Assembly (NCBI GenBank): GCA_963776245.1
Contig: CAVZLN010000003.1
Coordinates: forward strand, 640,001 to 704,000
Length of the DNA stretch: 64,000 nt
Reading direction: 5' to 3'
DNA from: Candidatus Eiseniibacteriota bacterium
GTDB taxonomy: Bacteria > Eisenbacteria > RBG-16-71-46
The notes under the pieces were generated by a model, which saw nothing but the letters and a program-made list of their open reading frames with translations, had not been told where the DNA came from and made no database searches. The position numbers and the translations under genes are program-made. This document shows, piece by piece, positions 1-9,651 of the stretch (within the stretch, counting starts at the first letter, position 1; every line of letters begins with the position of its first letter).

Positions 1-762
<762 letters not shown>

Positions 763-801
763 GCCGCAGCCTCGCAGCTCCGCAGGTCGAATGGTCCACG
801 A

Positions 802-831
802 GCGGGCCGGGACGCGAGTCCCGGCCCGTTT
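802..831 (+). terminator. Intrinsic terminator after groEL
   Basis: 12-bp stem GCGGGCCGGGAC/GTCCCGGCCCGT (one G-T pair), GCGA loop, then TT. Confidence 0.7.
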
Positions 832-977
832 CGCACCCGGGGCGCGACGCCCGCGCCTCGCCGCGGTTGCGCCCAGGGCCGGCTGTCGGGCACAATCTCT
901 CGCCGCAATCGCCGTGGGGAGGCCCTCTGAGGGGCCCGCATCCACTCAGACGCCGACCCGAAACCCGGAGTGATCCC

Positions 978-1535
978 GTGATCGCAGCGACCCAGATGAA
1001 GGTGGGCATGCTCATCATGTACAACGGCAAGCCCCACCGCGTGAGCGCCGTGGTGCACCGCACCCCCGGCAATCTGCGCGGGTTCGTGCAGGCGACGCTG
1101 GTGAACATCGAGAACGGCTCGAAGAACGAGAACCGGTTCTCCTCGGAGGAGAAGGTCGAGCGCGCCATGCTCGACGAGCACAACCTCCAGTACAGCTATC
1201 GCGCGGCCGACGACTTCCACTTCATGAACACCGAGACCTACGAGATGGTCTCGCTCGGCAAGGATGTGCTCGGCGACAACGTCGGCTACCTGACCGAGGG
1301 CATGCTCATCACGGCGATGTACTGGGACGGCCGCGTCGTGGGCATCGACGTGCCGATGTTCGTGGAACTGGCCGTCAAGGAGACCACGCCCAACATCCGG
1401 GGCGCGGCGGTGCAGAACACCGCGAAGCCGGCGATCCTGGAGACCGGTCTCGAGATCAAGGTGCCGTCCTACGTCGAGACCGGCAACCGGGTGAGGATCG
1501 ACACGCGCACGGGCGAGTTCGTCGAGCGTCTCTGA
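978..1535 (+). CDS. efp: Translation elongation factor P
   Basis: GTG start after GGAG. Motifs HRTPGNLRGFVQ, FMNTETYE, KPAILETG and RIDTRTGEFVER. Confidence 0.95.
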   Translation: MIAATQMKVGMLIMYNGKPHRVSAVVHRTPGNLRGFVQATLVNIENGSKNENRFSSEEKVERAMLDEHNLQYSYRAADDFHFMNTETYEMVSLGKDVLGDNVGYLTEGMLITAMYWDGRVVGIDVPMFVELAVKETTPNIRGAAVQNTAKPAILETGLEIKVPSYVETGNRVRIDTRTGEFVERL

Positions 1536-1605
1536 GCGCCGCCCGGGCCGGAGCCGTGCGCGCCGCTCCGGTCCGGCCGGGGCGGCGTCCGCGTTCGGAG
1601 GGGGG

Positions 1606-2310
1606 ATGACGCAGCCGATCCACGACCGCGCCGGGCTGCTGGCCGCGATCGCGGCCGACCCGGCGCTGGCGACGCTGCTCGCCGAGGCGCGCGCGCGCGG
1701 GGAGGACGATCCCTCGCACGGCCCGTCGCACGCGCTGCGCGTCGCGCTGTGGACCCTGCGGCTCGGCGGCGAGGCGGTGGACCCCCGCGAAGGCATCGCC
1801 GCGGCGCTGGTGCACGACGCCGCGAACCTGCCCAAGGACAGTCCCGACCGCGCCCGGGCGAGCGAGCGCTCGGCGGCGCTCGCCGCCGCGCGCCTGCCCG
1901 CGCTGGGCTTCTCGGCCACGGCCGTCGCGCGCATCGTCGCGGCGGTGCGCGACCACTCGTTCAGCCGCGGCGCCACGCCGCGGGAGACGCTGGGGCGCGC
2001 GCTGCAGGACGCCGATCGACTCGAGGCGCTGGGCGCCATCGGCCTGCTGCGCTGCATCGGCACCGGAGCGCGCATGGGCAGCGCGTGGTTCCACGAGGAC
2101 GATCCGTGGGCGCATGCCCGGGAGCTCGATGACGCGCGCTTCTCGGTGGATCACTTCTTCACCAAGCTGCTGCGCCTGCCCGCGACCCTGTGCACCGATG
2201 CCGGTCGCGCCGAAGCCGCGCGCCGCGTGGAACTGCTGCGGGGGTTCCTCGCGCACCTGGGAGAGGAGCTGGGCGAGCCGGCGCCGCCGGGGGAGCGGGC
2301 CCGGGAGTGA
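1606..2310 (+). CDS. HD-domain phosphohydrolase
   Basis: H..H, VHD, DHSFSRG, QDADRLEALGAIG and DHFFTKLLRL motifs; GGAGG RBS. Confidence 0.9.
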   Translation: MTQPIHDRAGLLAAIAADPALATLLAEARARGEDDPSHGPSHALRVALWTLRLGGEAVDPREGIAAALVHDAANLPKDSPDRARASERSAALAAARLPALGFSATAVARIVAAVRDHSFSRGATPRETLGRALQDADRLEALGAIGLLRCIGTGARMGSAWFHEDDPWAHARELDDARFSVDHFFTKLLRLPATLCTDAGRAEAARRVELLRGFLAHLGEELGEPAPPGERARE

Positions 2311-2321
2311 CGGTGGGCCGC

Positions 2322-2362
2322 AAAGAAGAAGCCCCCCGCAGGTCGTTCACCCGCGGGGGGCC
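2322..2362 (-). terminator. Intrinsic terminator on the minus strand
   Basis: GCCCCCCGCGGGT/ACCTGCGGGGGGC stem followed by TTCTTCTTT. Confidence 0.8.
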
Positions 2363-2495
2363 GAAGTTTGATTGGGAGTGGCATCCTCGGTCCCGGGGGC
2401 CGCACCCGGGGTGCCGCTGACGCCGGTCTCCCAATACGGAGGGTGTAGATGTGGACCCTCCTCGGGAGATTCAATCGGTCTTGAGGCTTCACGAT
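2322..2495 (-). ncRNA. Candidate structured RNA downstream of rho (family unassigned)
   Basis: Intergenic and less GC-rich than flanks, with nested long stems, ending in a terminator. Confidence 0.45.
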
Positions 2496-2651
2496 TCCCG
2501 GACGGATCCACCCCGCCCGGGCGGTCGGATCGGCTTGCCGGTCCCCCGAACGGCTCTCGGCGGGGGGCCGCCCGAATGCCCCTACCGATTGCGGCCCTTC
2601 CCATTCGCCGCCGGCCGCGCCGGCGGGGGGTGCCCGCGGGGGGCCCAGGCG

Positions 2652-3839
2652 CTATTCGTTGATCCGCAGGAGCTGGAAGATCTCCTGGTTCGTCTTCCAC
2701 CGGTTCAGCAGGTCGAGCAGCTTGGTCATCGCCTCCTGCGGATGCAGCCCGGCGAGGCCGCGCCGCAGCAGGTGGAGTCGCGGCACCACGTCGGCGGGGT
2801 AGAGCTTCTCCTCCTTGCGCGTTCCGCTCTTGGCGATGTCGATGGCCGGGTAGATGCGACGCTCGGCCAGCTCGCGCGCGAGCACCAGCTCCATATTGCC
2901 GGTGCCCTTGAACTCCTCGAAGATCACCTGGTCCATCCGCGACCCGGTGTCCACCAGCGCGGTGCCGACGATGGTGAGCGAGCCCCCGTCCTCGATCTTG
3001 CGCGCGGCACCGAAGATCTGCCGGGGCGACTGCATGGCCGAGGAATCGAGGCCGCCCGACATGGTGCGCCCGCTGCCCTCGGAGCCGGCGTTGTAGGCGC
3101 GCGCGAGCCGGGTGATGGAATCGAGCAGGAGCACCACGTCCTTGCCCTCGAGCACCTGGCTCGCCACCACCTCCATGGCGTACTCCGAGGTCTCGATGTG
3201 CTCCTCGATGCTCATGTCGCTCGAGGCCGCGATCACGTTGGCGGGCGTGTTGCGCTTGAAGTCCGTGACCTCTTCGGGGCGCTCGTCCACCAGCAGGGCG
3301 TACACGCCGACCTCGGGATGGTTGTGCGCGATCGAGTTGGCGATGATCTGGAGGATGCGGGTCTTGCCCGCCTTGGGCGGGGAGACGATGAGGCAACGCT
3401 GGCCGCGGCCGATGGGAGCGATCAGGTCGATGGCCCGCCCGGTGATGCGGTCGCCGTACGGTGGATTGCCCTGGCCGGGAGGGAGCTCGAGGATCAGGCG
3501 CTGGATCGGATCGAGCGCGACTCCCGCCTGCTGCATGTCGCGCAGGACCTCGAGCCCGCGGTGCTGGTCGCGGCCGCCGCCCGCGTTCCGGGTGCGCCGC
3601 CGGCGCTGTCCCGCGAGCGGCCGCTGTCCGCCGTTGCCCGGTGCCGGCCCCTGTCCCGCGTACGGCTGTGGCGCGGCGTTGCTGAGTGGATGCCCGCCCC
3701 CGCGCGGGCGGCGCCGCCGGCGTCGAGAAGCGCCCTGCCCGGGCTGGGCGGGCGGCGAGCTGGGCTGCCCCTGTGGATCCATCGCGCCTCCCGCGGGTGC
3801 GGGACGCGGTCCTCGGGGGCGACGGCGACGCTGTCTCAT
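2652..3839 (-). CDS. rho: Transcription termination factor Rho-like ATPase lacking the canonical N-terminal RNA-binding domain
   Basis: [48 protein letters not shown] and SGTRKEE. ATG 3839 follows AAGGA. Confidence 0.92.
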   Translation of the reverse strand: MRQRRRRPRGPRPAPAGGAMDPQGQPSSPPAQPGQGASRRRRRRPRGGGHPLSNAAPQPYAGQGPAPGNGGQRPLAGQRRRRTRNAGGGRDQHRGLEVLRDMQQAGVALDPIQRLILELPPGQGNPPYGDRITGRAIDLIAPIGRGQRCLIVSPPKAGKTRILQIIANSIAHNHPEVGVYALLVDERPEEVTDFKRNTPANVIAASSDMSIEEHIETSEYAMEVVASQVLEGKDVVLLLDSITRLARAYNAGSEGSGRTMSGGLDSSAMQSPRQIFGAARKIEDGGSLTIVGTALVDTGSRMDQVIFEEFKGTGNMELVLARELAERRIYPAIDIAKSGTRKEEKLYPADVVPRLHLLRRGLAGLHPQEAMTKLLDLLNRWKTNQEIFQLLRINE

Positions 3840-4311
3840 CGAAGGCGTTCCTTGGGAGTCCGCAGTGACGTCCTGCGGGTGGGGATGTGCGCCCGCGCCA
3901 CATCGGCACGGTGGGGCCCGGGGTTCGGGCGCGTCGGGACGTGCGCGCGCCGCCGCTCGGCGGCACACGCGGGTCAACGCTGCTGCGTGTCGCGCTCCAC
4001 TTCGTCGGCGCCAGCCGGGGACTCGATCGCACCGGGCCCGGCGGTGGTGGAGGAGAGGCTCAGAACCTCGGTGAATCCCGGAGAACGAACCGACCGGCTC
4101 GGACGCCCTGGCGTCGGCGCCACGCTCGGCCGCTTCCGTCCTGCACGCTCACCTGCTCGCTTCGACCTTCGCGGGCCCGGCCGCGGCGCGCTCGGGCGCG
4201 GCGCTGGCATGGAGCGGTACAAGGGCGGAAGGCCGACCGCGGGAGAAGGGCACGGACGCGATGTCGCGGTCGTCCGGGACGACAACCCTCCTCGGAAGGG
4301 CGTGCGCGCGC

Positions 4312-4340
4312 ATTATCCCCGCGACCCGGTCACTTGTCCA
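4312..4340 (-). promoter_or_regulatory. sigma70-type promoter upstream of rho
   Basis: TGGACA-17 nt-GATAAT on the minus strand. Confidence 0.6.
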
Positions 4341-4371
4341 GCCCCGCGCGCAACCACCCCGCGCGCCGGGG

Positions 4372-4926
4372 TCAGGCGCCCGCGCCTCCGCGCCACTCGA
4401 TATCCTCGACGCCCGCACGGCGCAGACTCCAGCGCGCCATCACGAACAGCAGGTCGGCGAGACGGTTGAGGTAGCGGACCAGCCGCGGCTCCACCTGCTC
4501 CACCTGCATCAACTCCACCACCCGGCGCTCGGCGCGCCGGCAGACCGCGCGCGCCACGTGCAATTCCGCCGCCAGCGGCGTGCCGCCGGGCAGCACGAAC
4601 GAGGTCAGGGGCGCGAGCTCCTCCTCGAGCCGGTCGATGGCGCGCTCGAGCGCCGCCACGTCGTCGTCCCCCAGCCGGACGAGCTTCGAGAGCGCCCGGG
4701 GGTCGGAAGTGGCCAGCTCCGCCCCCAGCTGGAACAACTGGGCCTGGACACCCCCGAGCGTGAGGTCGAGCCAGCGCTCGGCGTCGAGGGTGCGGACGCG
4801 CCCCAGCACCGCGTTCAGCTCGTCCACCCCACCGTAGCATTCCACCCGGAGGGCGCACTTGAGCACCCGGCCGGGACCCAAGAGCCCGGTGGTGCCATCG
4901 TCTCCGGTCCGCGTGTAGATCCTCAT
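4372..4926 (-). CDS. PduO-type ATP:cob(I)alamin adenosyltransferase
   Basis: MRIYTRTGDDGTTGL, YGGVDELN, FVLPGG, RAVCRRAER and YLNRLADLLF. Confidence 0.93.
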   Translation of the reverse strand: MRIYTRTGDDGTTGLLGPGRVLKCALRVECYGGVDELNAVLGRVRTLDAERWLDLTLGGVQAQLFQLGAELATSDPRALSKLVRLGDDDVAALERAIDRLEEELAPLTSFVLPGGTPLAAELHVARAVCRRAERRVVELMQVEQVEPRLVRYLNRLADLLFVMARWSLRRAGVEDIEWRGGAGA

Positions 4927-5135
4927 GTGCCGCAGTCTAGGGGTCACCCCGCGACCGGACAAGCCCGCGCGCCATCCGACCGGCGCCCGCCCGCCCTCCA
5001 CCATGTACCCGGCGACGGGGTCGCGCCCCCGCCCGACCGGCCCCGGGGCCCGCCGCACGCCTTGCCACGCCGAGCGCGCGGGGGCATCATGGGTGCCCTC
5101 ATTCGAGCCCGACCCCACACTCACCCGCGAGGCCC

Positions 5136-7847
5136 ATGCCCATCCGCGAATCGCTTCCTCCCGTGCTGCGCGGCGAGGACGCCGCCGACCTGGCGCCCGA
5201 CTCGCGCCAGCGCCTCGAAGCCATCGCGCACGATGCGCAGACCGAGAATCGCCTGGTGCAGGTGCGCGACGAGTGCGCCGGCCGGCTGCGGCAGCCCCAC
5301 GCGACCCTCGGCGTCGAGTACCTGCTCGCGGCCGTCTGCGCGCTGAACGGCGAGGTCGAGCGCGCTCACCAGACGCTGCTCGCCCTTGGCGAGAAGCTCG
5401 CGGACGAGGCCCGGTGGGAGGCCCTCGCCGCGGTCGCCGAGCGCGCCCTCGATCTCGAGACCACGCGCGCCGCTGCCCGGCTGCTGGTGCGCGCGCACGA
5501 GGGCCTGCGCAAGGACCCCGAGCGCATCGACGCCATGGCGCGCGCGTGGGCGGTGATGCCCGACGATCTCGAGCTCGGGCTGCTGTTCGCGGTGCGCCTC
5601 GGAGAGGCGGGGCAGGACGACAACCGCCGCGAGCTGCTCGTCGAGCTGCTGCCGCAGTTCGCCGCGCAATCGCGCTGGGCCGGCCTCGAGGAGGCGGCGC
5701 TGGAGTTCGCGGAGCGCGGTCACATCGAGGGCATGACGGCGCTCGTGCGCGTGCTGCCGGAGATCGCCGCGCAGGGCGCCACCGCCGAGGTGAGGCAGCT
5801 GGTGGCGATCGTCTTCCCGCCGCTCGCCGCGGCGGGCCACGCGGCGGCGTGCGAGCAGGACCTGCGCGCGCTCGTCCGCATCGCGGGGGAGAAGGACGGC
5901 CCGGACGCGGCCGAGCCGTTCCGCGACGCGCTGGTCGAGTCCGTGCGCCGCGGTTCGGCGGCCTCGCTGCCCGGCGCGGCGGCGGTGCTCGCCCAGTCCG
6001 GGCTCCCCGACCGCGAGAAGCCGCTGCTCGAATCGCTCGCGCGCTTCGACACCATCGCCGCGCTCGCGCCCGGGCGCCCGGTGTTCCACTCCACCTTCGG
6101 CGCCGGCCGCGTGGCGCGGAACGACGGCGAGCACGTGTTCCTCGACTTCGCGAACGCCAAGGGCCACCGCATGCCGTACACCGCCGCGATGCGTTCGCTG
6201 GCGCCGGTGGCCGAGGACGACCTGCGCCTGGTGAAGGCGATCGCCCCCGCCGATCTGGCGCGCCTGTGCGCCGAGGAGCCCGGCGAGGTCGTGGTGCGCG
6301 CGCTCAAGGCGGTCGGGGGCGCGGGCGATGCGCAGAAGCTCAAGGTGTTCCTGGTGGGCTCGGACATCGTGCCGGCCAAGGAGTGGACCACGTTCTGGCG
6401 CAAGGCGCGCGGCGCCGCCGAGAAGGACCCGCGGATCGACCACGCGCGCGCGTTCGAGCAGCATTACCGCCTGGCGCCCGAGGGCGCCGGCGCGGCCGAC
6501 CGCACCCCGCTGCCGGCGCTCGAGCCGCGCAAGCCGGTGAAGAGCAACCTGGTCATGCTGCGCAAGTTCCTCGCCCAGCATCCCGGGCTCGATCGCGCCG
6601 CGGCGCAGCGTTTCGGACGCTACATCGAGCGCGCGATGCAGGACGAGACCGCGGACCGGACCGACCGCGCGCGGGCCGGGCTGTGGTTCGCGCGCTGGTT
6701 CCCGGAGCGACGCGACGAGTGGGCGACGGTGCTGCGCGACCTCTGGGAGCTGGGGCTCGCGGTGATCGACCTGCCGAACGAGGACGAGCAGCAGGCCCTG
6801 CTCGACATGTCGCACGCCGCGGGCGTGGAGGCCGACGCGATCCTGTCGGGGCTCGACTCGCGTTTCGGCACCGTGCGCGAGACGGCCGCGCGCCTGCGCG
6901 ACAGTCTCGACGACACCGGCCGCGCAGAGCTGCGGCGCACGCTGTTGCAGCACGCGCCCCGCTACCCGACCGCCGCCCTGCGCCTGATCGAGGAGATCCT
7001 CGACCAGCGCCTCGATGTCGAGACCACCTGGAAGGCGTTCCACGCCGCGCTCACGATCGTCGAGGACAAGCCCAAGCCCTCGGTGGCCGAGAAGGTGATG
7101 CGGTGGCTCGAGCCGGCCGGCGACTTCGACGCGCGCCTCGACGGCGAGCCGTGCCCGGAGGACATGCGCCTGCGGATCCGCGTGCTGTTGCGCCAGTGGC
7201 GGTCGAGCGATCGCTATCTGTTCCCCGCCATGGAGGCCGCGGAGCGCCTGGGGCTGGCGGAGGAAGCGCAGGCGGTGCGCGACGCGCGACAGAAGAGCAC
7301 CGACCGGCTGTTCGAGGGCGTCGGGCAGCAGGCCGAAGCCACCGCCCTGCCGGTCATGACGCGGGCGACGTGGACGCGCCTGAAGGGGGAGCTCGAGCGC
7401 CTCGGACACGAACTGCGCACGACCATCCCGCAGACCATCCGCAAGGCGCGCGAACTGGGCGACCTGCGCGAGAACGCCGAGTACCACTCGGCCAAGCTCA
7501 AGCAGGCGAACATGAGCCGCCTGGTGGCGGCGCTCCAGCTCAAGATCACGCGCGCGCGCTTCGTCGAGAACGCCGAGTACAAGGACGGCGTCATCGGCCT
7601 CGGCAGCGAGGTGGTGCTCGAGAGCGACGACGACGTCACGACCTACTGGATCCTCGGCGAAGGCGAGCACCATCACGGCGACCATGTGATCTCGTTCCAG
7701 ACCACGGTCGGCCGCGCGCTCATGGGGCGCGGCATCGGGGACGAGGTCGAGATCGGCGAAGGGGACCAGCGCCGCCGCTGGCGCGTGGTCTCGATCGAGA
7801 GGCGCCTGCCGCCGGTCGAGCCCGGCGACGTGCCCGCGAACGGATAG
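5136..7847 (+). CDS. Large (903 aa) protein with a C-terminal GreA/GreB transcription elongation factor domain
   Basis: C-terminal ARELGDLRENAEYHSAK and ISFQTTVGRALMG, preceded by ~740 aa of predicted helical sequence. Confidence 0.88.
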   Translation: MPIRESLPPVLRGEDAADLAPDSRQRLEAIAHDAQTENRLVQVRDECAGRLRQPHATLGVEYLLAAVCALNGEVERAHQTLLALGEKLADEARWEALAAVAERALDLETTRAAARLLVRAHEGLRKDPERIDAMARAWAVMPDDLELGLLFAVRLGEAGQDDNRRELLVELLPQFAAQSRWAGLEEAALEFAERGHIEGMTALVRVLPEIAAQGATAEVRQLVAIVFPPLAAAGHAAACEQDLRALVRIAGEKDGPDAAEPFRDALVESVRRGSAASLPGAAAVLAQSGLPDREKPLLESLARFDTIAALAPGRPVFHSTFGAGRVARNDGEHVFLDFANAKGHRMPYTAAMRSLAPVAEDDLRLVKAIAPADLARLCAEEPGEVVVRALKAVGGAGDAQKLKVFLVGSDIVPAKEWTTFWRKARGAAEKDPRIDHARAFEQHYRLAPEGAGAADRTPLPALEPRKPVKSNLVMLRKFLAQHPGLDRAAAQRFGRYIERAMQDETADRTDRARAGLWFARWFPERRDEWATVLRDLWELGLAVIDLPNEDEQQALLDMSHAAGVEADAILSGLDSRFGTVRETAARLRDSLDDTGRAELRRTLLQHAPRYPTAALRLIEEILDQRLDVETTWKAFHAALTIVEDKPKPSVAEKVMRWLEPAGDFDARLDGEPCPEDMRLRIRVLLRQWRSSDRYLFPAMEAAERLGLAEEAQAVRDARQKSTDRLFEGVGQQAEATALPVMTRATWTRLKGELERLGHELRTTIPQTIRKARELGDLRENAEYHSAKLKQANMSRLVAALQLKITRARFVENAEYKDGVIGLGSEVVLESDDDVTTYWILGEGEHHHGDHVISFQTTVGRALMGRGIGDEVEIGEGDQRRRWRVVSIERRLPPVEPGDVPANG

Positions 7848-7964
7848 CACGAGCGGCGCGGCGTCCGGCCGGCGAGCCGGCGCGCGAGAACGGATGTGAA
7901 GGGCGCTGTCAAGCCCGCGCGGTCCCGGCGGTCGGGGCCCCGAACGGGCGCCGAAAAAAGCCGT

Positions 7965-7993
7965 TTGTCGCGCGGCACGTGCCGCGCTATGTT
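7965..7993 (+). promoter_or_regulatory. sigma70-type promoter with a palindromic spacer
   Basis: TTGTCG-17-TATGTT; 7970-7987 is a perfect 18-bp palindrome. Confidence 0.55.
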
Positions 7994-8100
7994 GCTCGCC
8001 ACGTTGTTCAGTGAGTTTCCGCGCTGCGCGGGACGCGACGCGCGCCGGACCGACATCGAATGCACACACGCCCCGGATCGAGTGCCCCCGATACGCTCGT

Positions 8101-8197
8101 GGTGGGCGGCGAAGACATTGAAGTTTGGCCGCACCGGAAAGGCGGTCTGCGGATCGCCCCGTACGTTGGGTCGGAAAGGGAATTCCCGCCGCCCACC
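8101..8197 (+). ncRNA. Candidate structured RNA or leader element
   Basis: Perfect 11-bp closing stem GGTGGGCGGCG/CGCCGCCCACC around internal stems and purine-rich joiners. Confidence 0.4.
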
Positions 8198-8268
8198 TTG
8201 CTTCATGCCGAGAGCCGTCGGCGTGGAGGCCGACGCGCCGGCTGAGCGCGGGCCGAGTTCCACATCCC

Positions 8269-8955
8269 ATGTCGCTCCAGGCCCGCCTCCAGTCTCTGGC
8301 GCTCGTGGTGGACGATGCGCTCCGCGGCACCGTGGCCATCGGCATCCTCGAGGCCGCGGGGGTGCGCCAGGATCCGCTCTCCCCGGAGTTCCACGCCGAG
8401 CGCGAGCGGCTCGAGGCCAGCCTGCTCCAGCAGCATGGCACGCGCCCGCCCGCCGATGTCCCCGGCGTGGCCGAGACGCGCGCGCTGTTCCACCGCCTCG
8501 ACATCGACCCCACCAAGACGCGCCCGAGCAGCGAGGCGCTGCTGCGCCGGGTGCTCCAGGGCAAGGGGTTGCCGGTGGTGCTGCCGGCGGTGGACGTGTG
8601 CAACCTGTGCTCGCTCGAATCCCAGATCCCGCTCGGGCTCTACGACCGCGAGCGGGTGAAGGGGGCGATCCGCGTGCGGGTGGGCAAGCCGGGCGAGGGC
8701 TACGCGGGGATCCGCAAGCAGCGCGTGAACCTCGCCGGGCGGCTGATGCTGGCCGACGAGAGCGGCCCCTTCGGGGCCCCCACCGCGGACTCGCTGCACA
8801 CCGCGGTCACCGCGGACACGGCGCGCCTGCTGGTGGTGCTGTTCTGCCCGACCGAGCGGGCCGCGGCCGACCTCTCGGGTGCCATGGAACGCATCGCCGA
8901 CCTCCTCGGGCGTTTCTGCGCGGCCACCGTGGAGGCCGTCCGCATCGTGCAATAG
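8269..8955 (+). CDS. Stand-alone B3/B4 (PheRS beta-like) tRNA-editing domain protein
   Basis: IDPTKTRPSSEALLRRV, VDVCNLCSL, GLYD and GPFGAPTADS. Confidence 0.88.
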   Translation: MSLQARLQSLALVVDDALRGTVAIGILEAAGVRQDPLSPEFHAERERLEASLLQQHGTRPPADVPGVAETRALFHRLDIDPTKTRPSSEALLRRVLQGKGLPVVLPAVDVCNLCSLESQIPLGLYDRERVKGAIRVRVGKPGEGYAGIRKQRVNLAGRLMLADESGPFGAPTADSLHTAVTADTARLLVVLFCPTERAAADLSGAMERIADLLGRFCAATVEAVRIVQ

Positions 8956-8981
8956 GCGCCGTGGACGCGGCGTCTTGCCGC

Positions 8982-9010
8982 TTGAAATCGCCGGGAGCGC
9001 TTCCTACAGT
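8982..9010 (+). promoter_or_regulatory. sigma70-type promoter
   Basis: TTGAAA-17-TACAGT, 76 nt before the ATG at 9086. Confidence 0.6.
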
Positions 9011-9085
9011 CGGCCCTCGGCTCGCTCCCCGCCGGCCGCGCACCATCATCTGCTCCGCTCCTCCGGAGCACAGGAGGGTCCACCG

Positions 9086-9637
9086 ATGAAGCGCCAGGTC
9101 TCGGCCGCGCTGATCGTCCTCGCCCTGGCCGCCCGCGCGCCCGACGCGCGCGCGGTGTCCATCGGAGCCGAGGCGTTCGGCGGCATGAGCGTCCCGATCC
9201 TGCAGGCCGATTCCGAACAGGGCACCGTGTTCGGGCTGCGCGCTCCCGTGAGCGTGATGTCGTTGCTCACCGTCGAACCTTGGTTCGCGAAGTCCGCGCT
9301 GGGCGCCAAGAGCGCCGAGATCGCCGGGCTCCCGTACGAGCGCGACGGTGGCGACCTCACGGGGTACGGCCTCAACGCCCGTCTCGGCGGGCCCCCCGGT
9401 CCCGGGCTCTCGTTCTTCCCGTACGTGGGGTTGGGCTCGTATCATCTGGCGCGCAAGGGCTCGGCCGACATCGACGAACTGGGGTACGACCTCGGCGCGG
9501 GCCTCACGCTGACGCCGATGCCCAGGCTCGGCATCGGGCTGCGGGGCCAATTCACCATGATCCCCACCCGCGGGACCTCGCGGAAGTACGGCGAGGTGCA
9601 GGTCGGGGTCTCGTATTCCATCCTCCGCCTGCCGTGA
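9086..9637 (+). CDS. Outer-membrane beta-barrel protein (OmpA-like transmembrane type)
   Basis: Signal peptide, alternating beta strands (FPYVGLG, VQVGVSY) and AGGAGG RBS. Confidence 0.75.
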   Translation: MKRQVSAALIVLALAARAPDARAVSIGAEAFGGMSVPILQADSEQGTVFGLRAPVSVMSLLTVEPWFAKSALGAKSAEIAGLPYERDGGDLTGYGLNARLGGPPGPGLSFFPYVGLGSYHLARKGSADIDELGYDLGAGLTLTPMPRLGIGLRGQFTMIPTRGTSRKYGEVQVGVSYSILRLP

Positions 9638-9651
9638 CGAGGACTCCCGCG

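Noticed and set aside
8101..8197. SRP RNA, tRNA-Sec, T-box or c-di-GMP-II identity
   Set aside because: No SRP domain IV (CAGG..GGAA..AGCAG), cloverleaf/TTC loop, T-box UGGNACC, or GCAC/GUGC pseudoknot pair.
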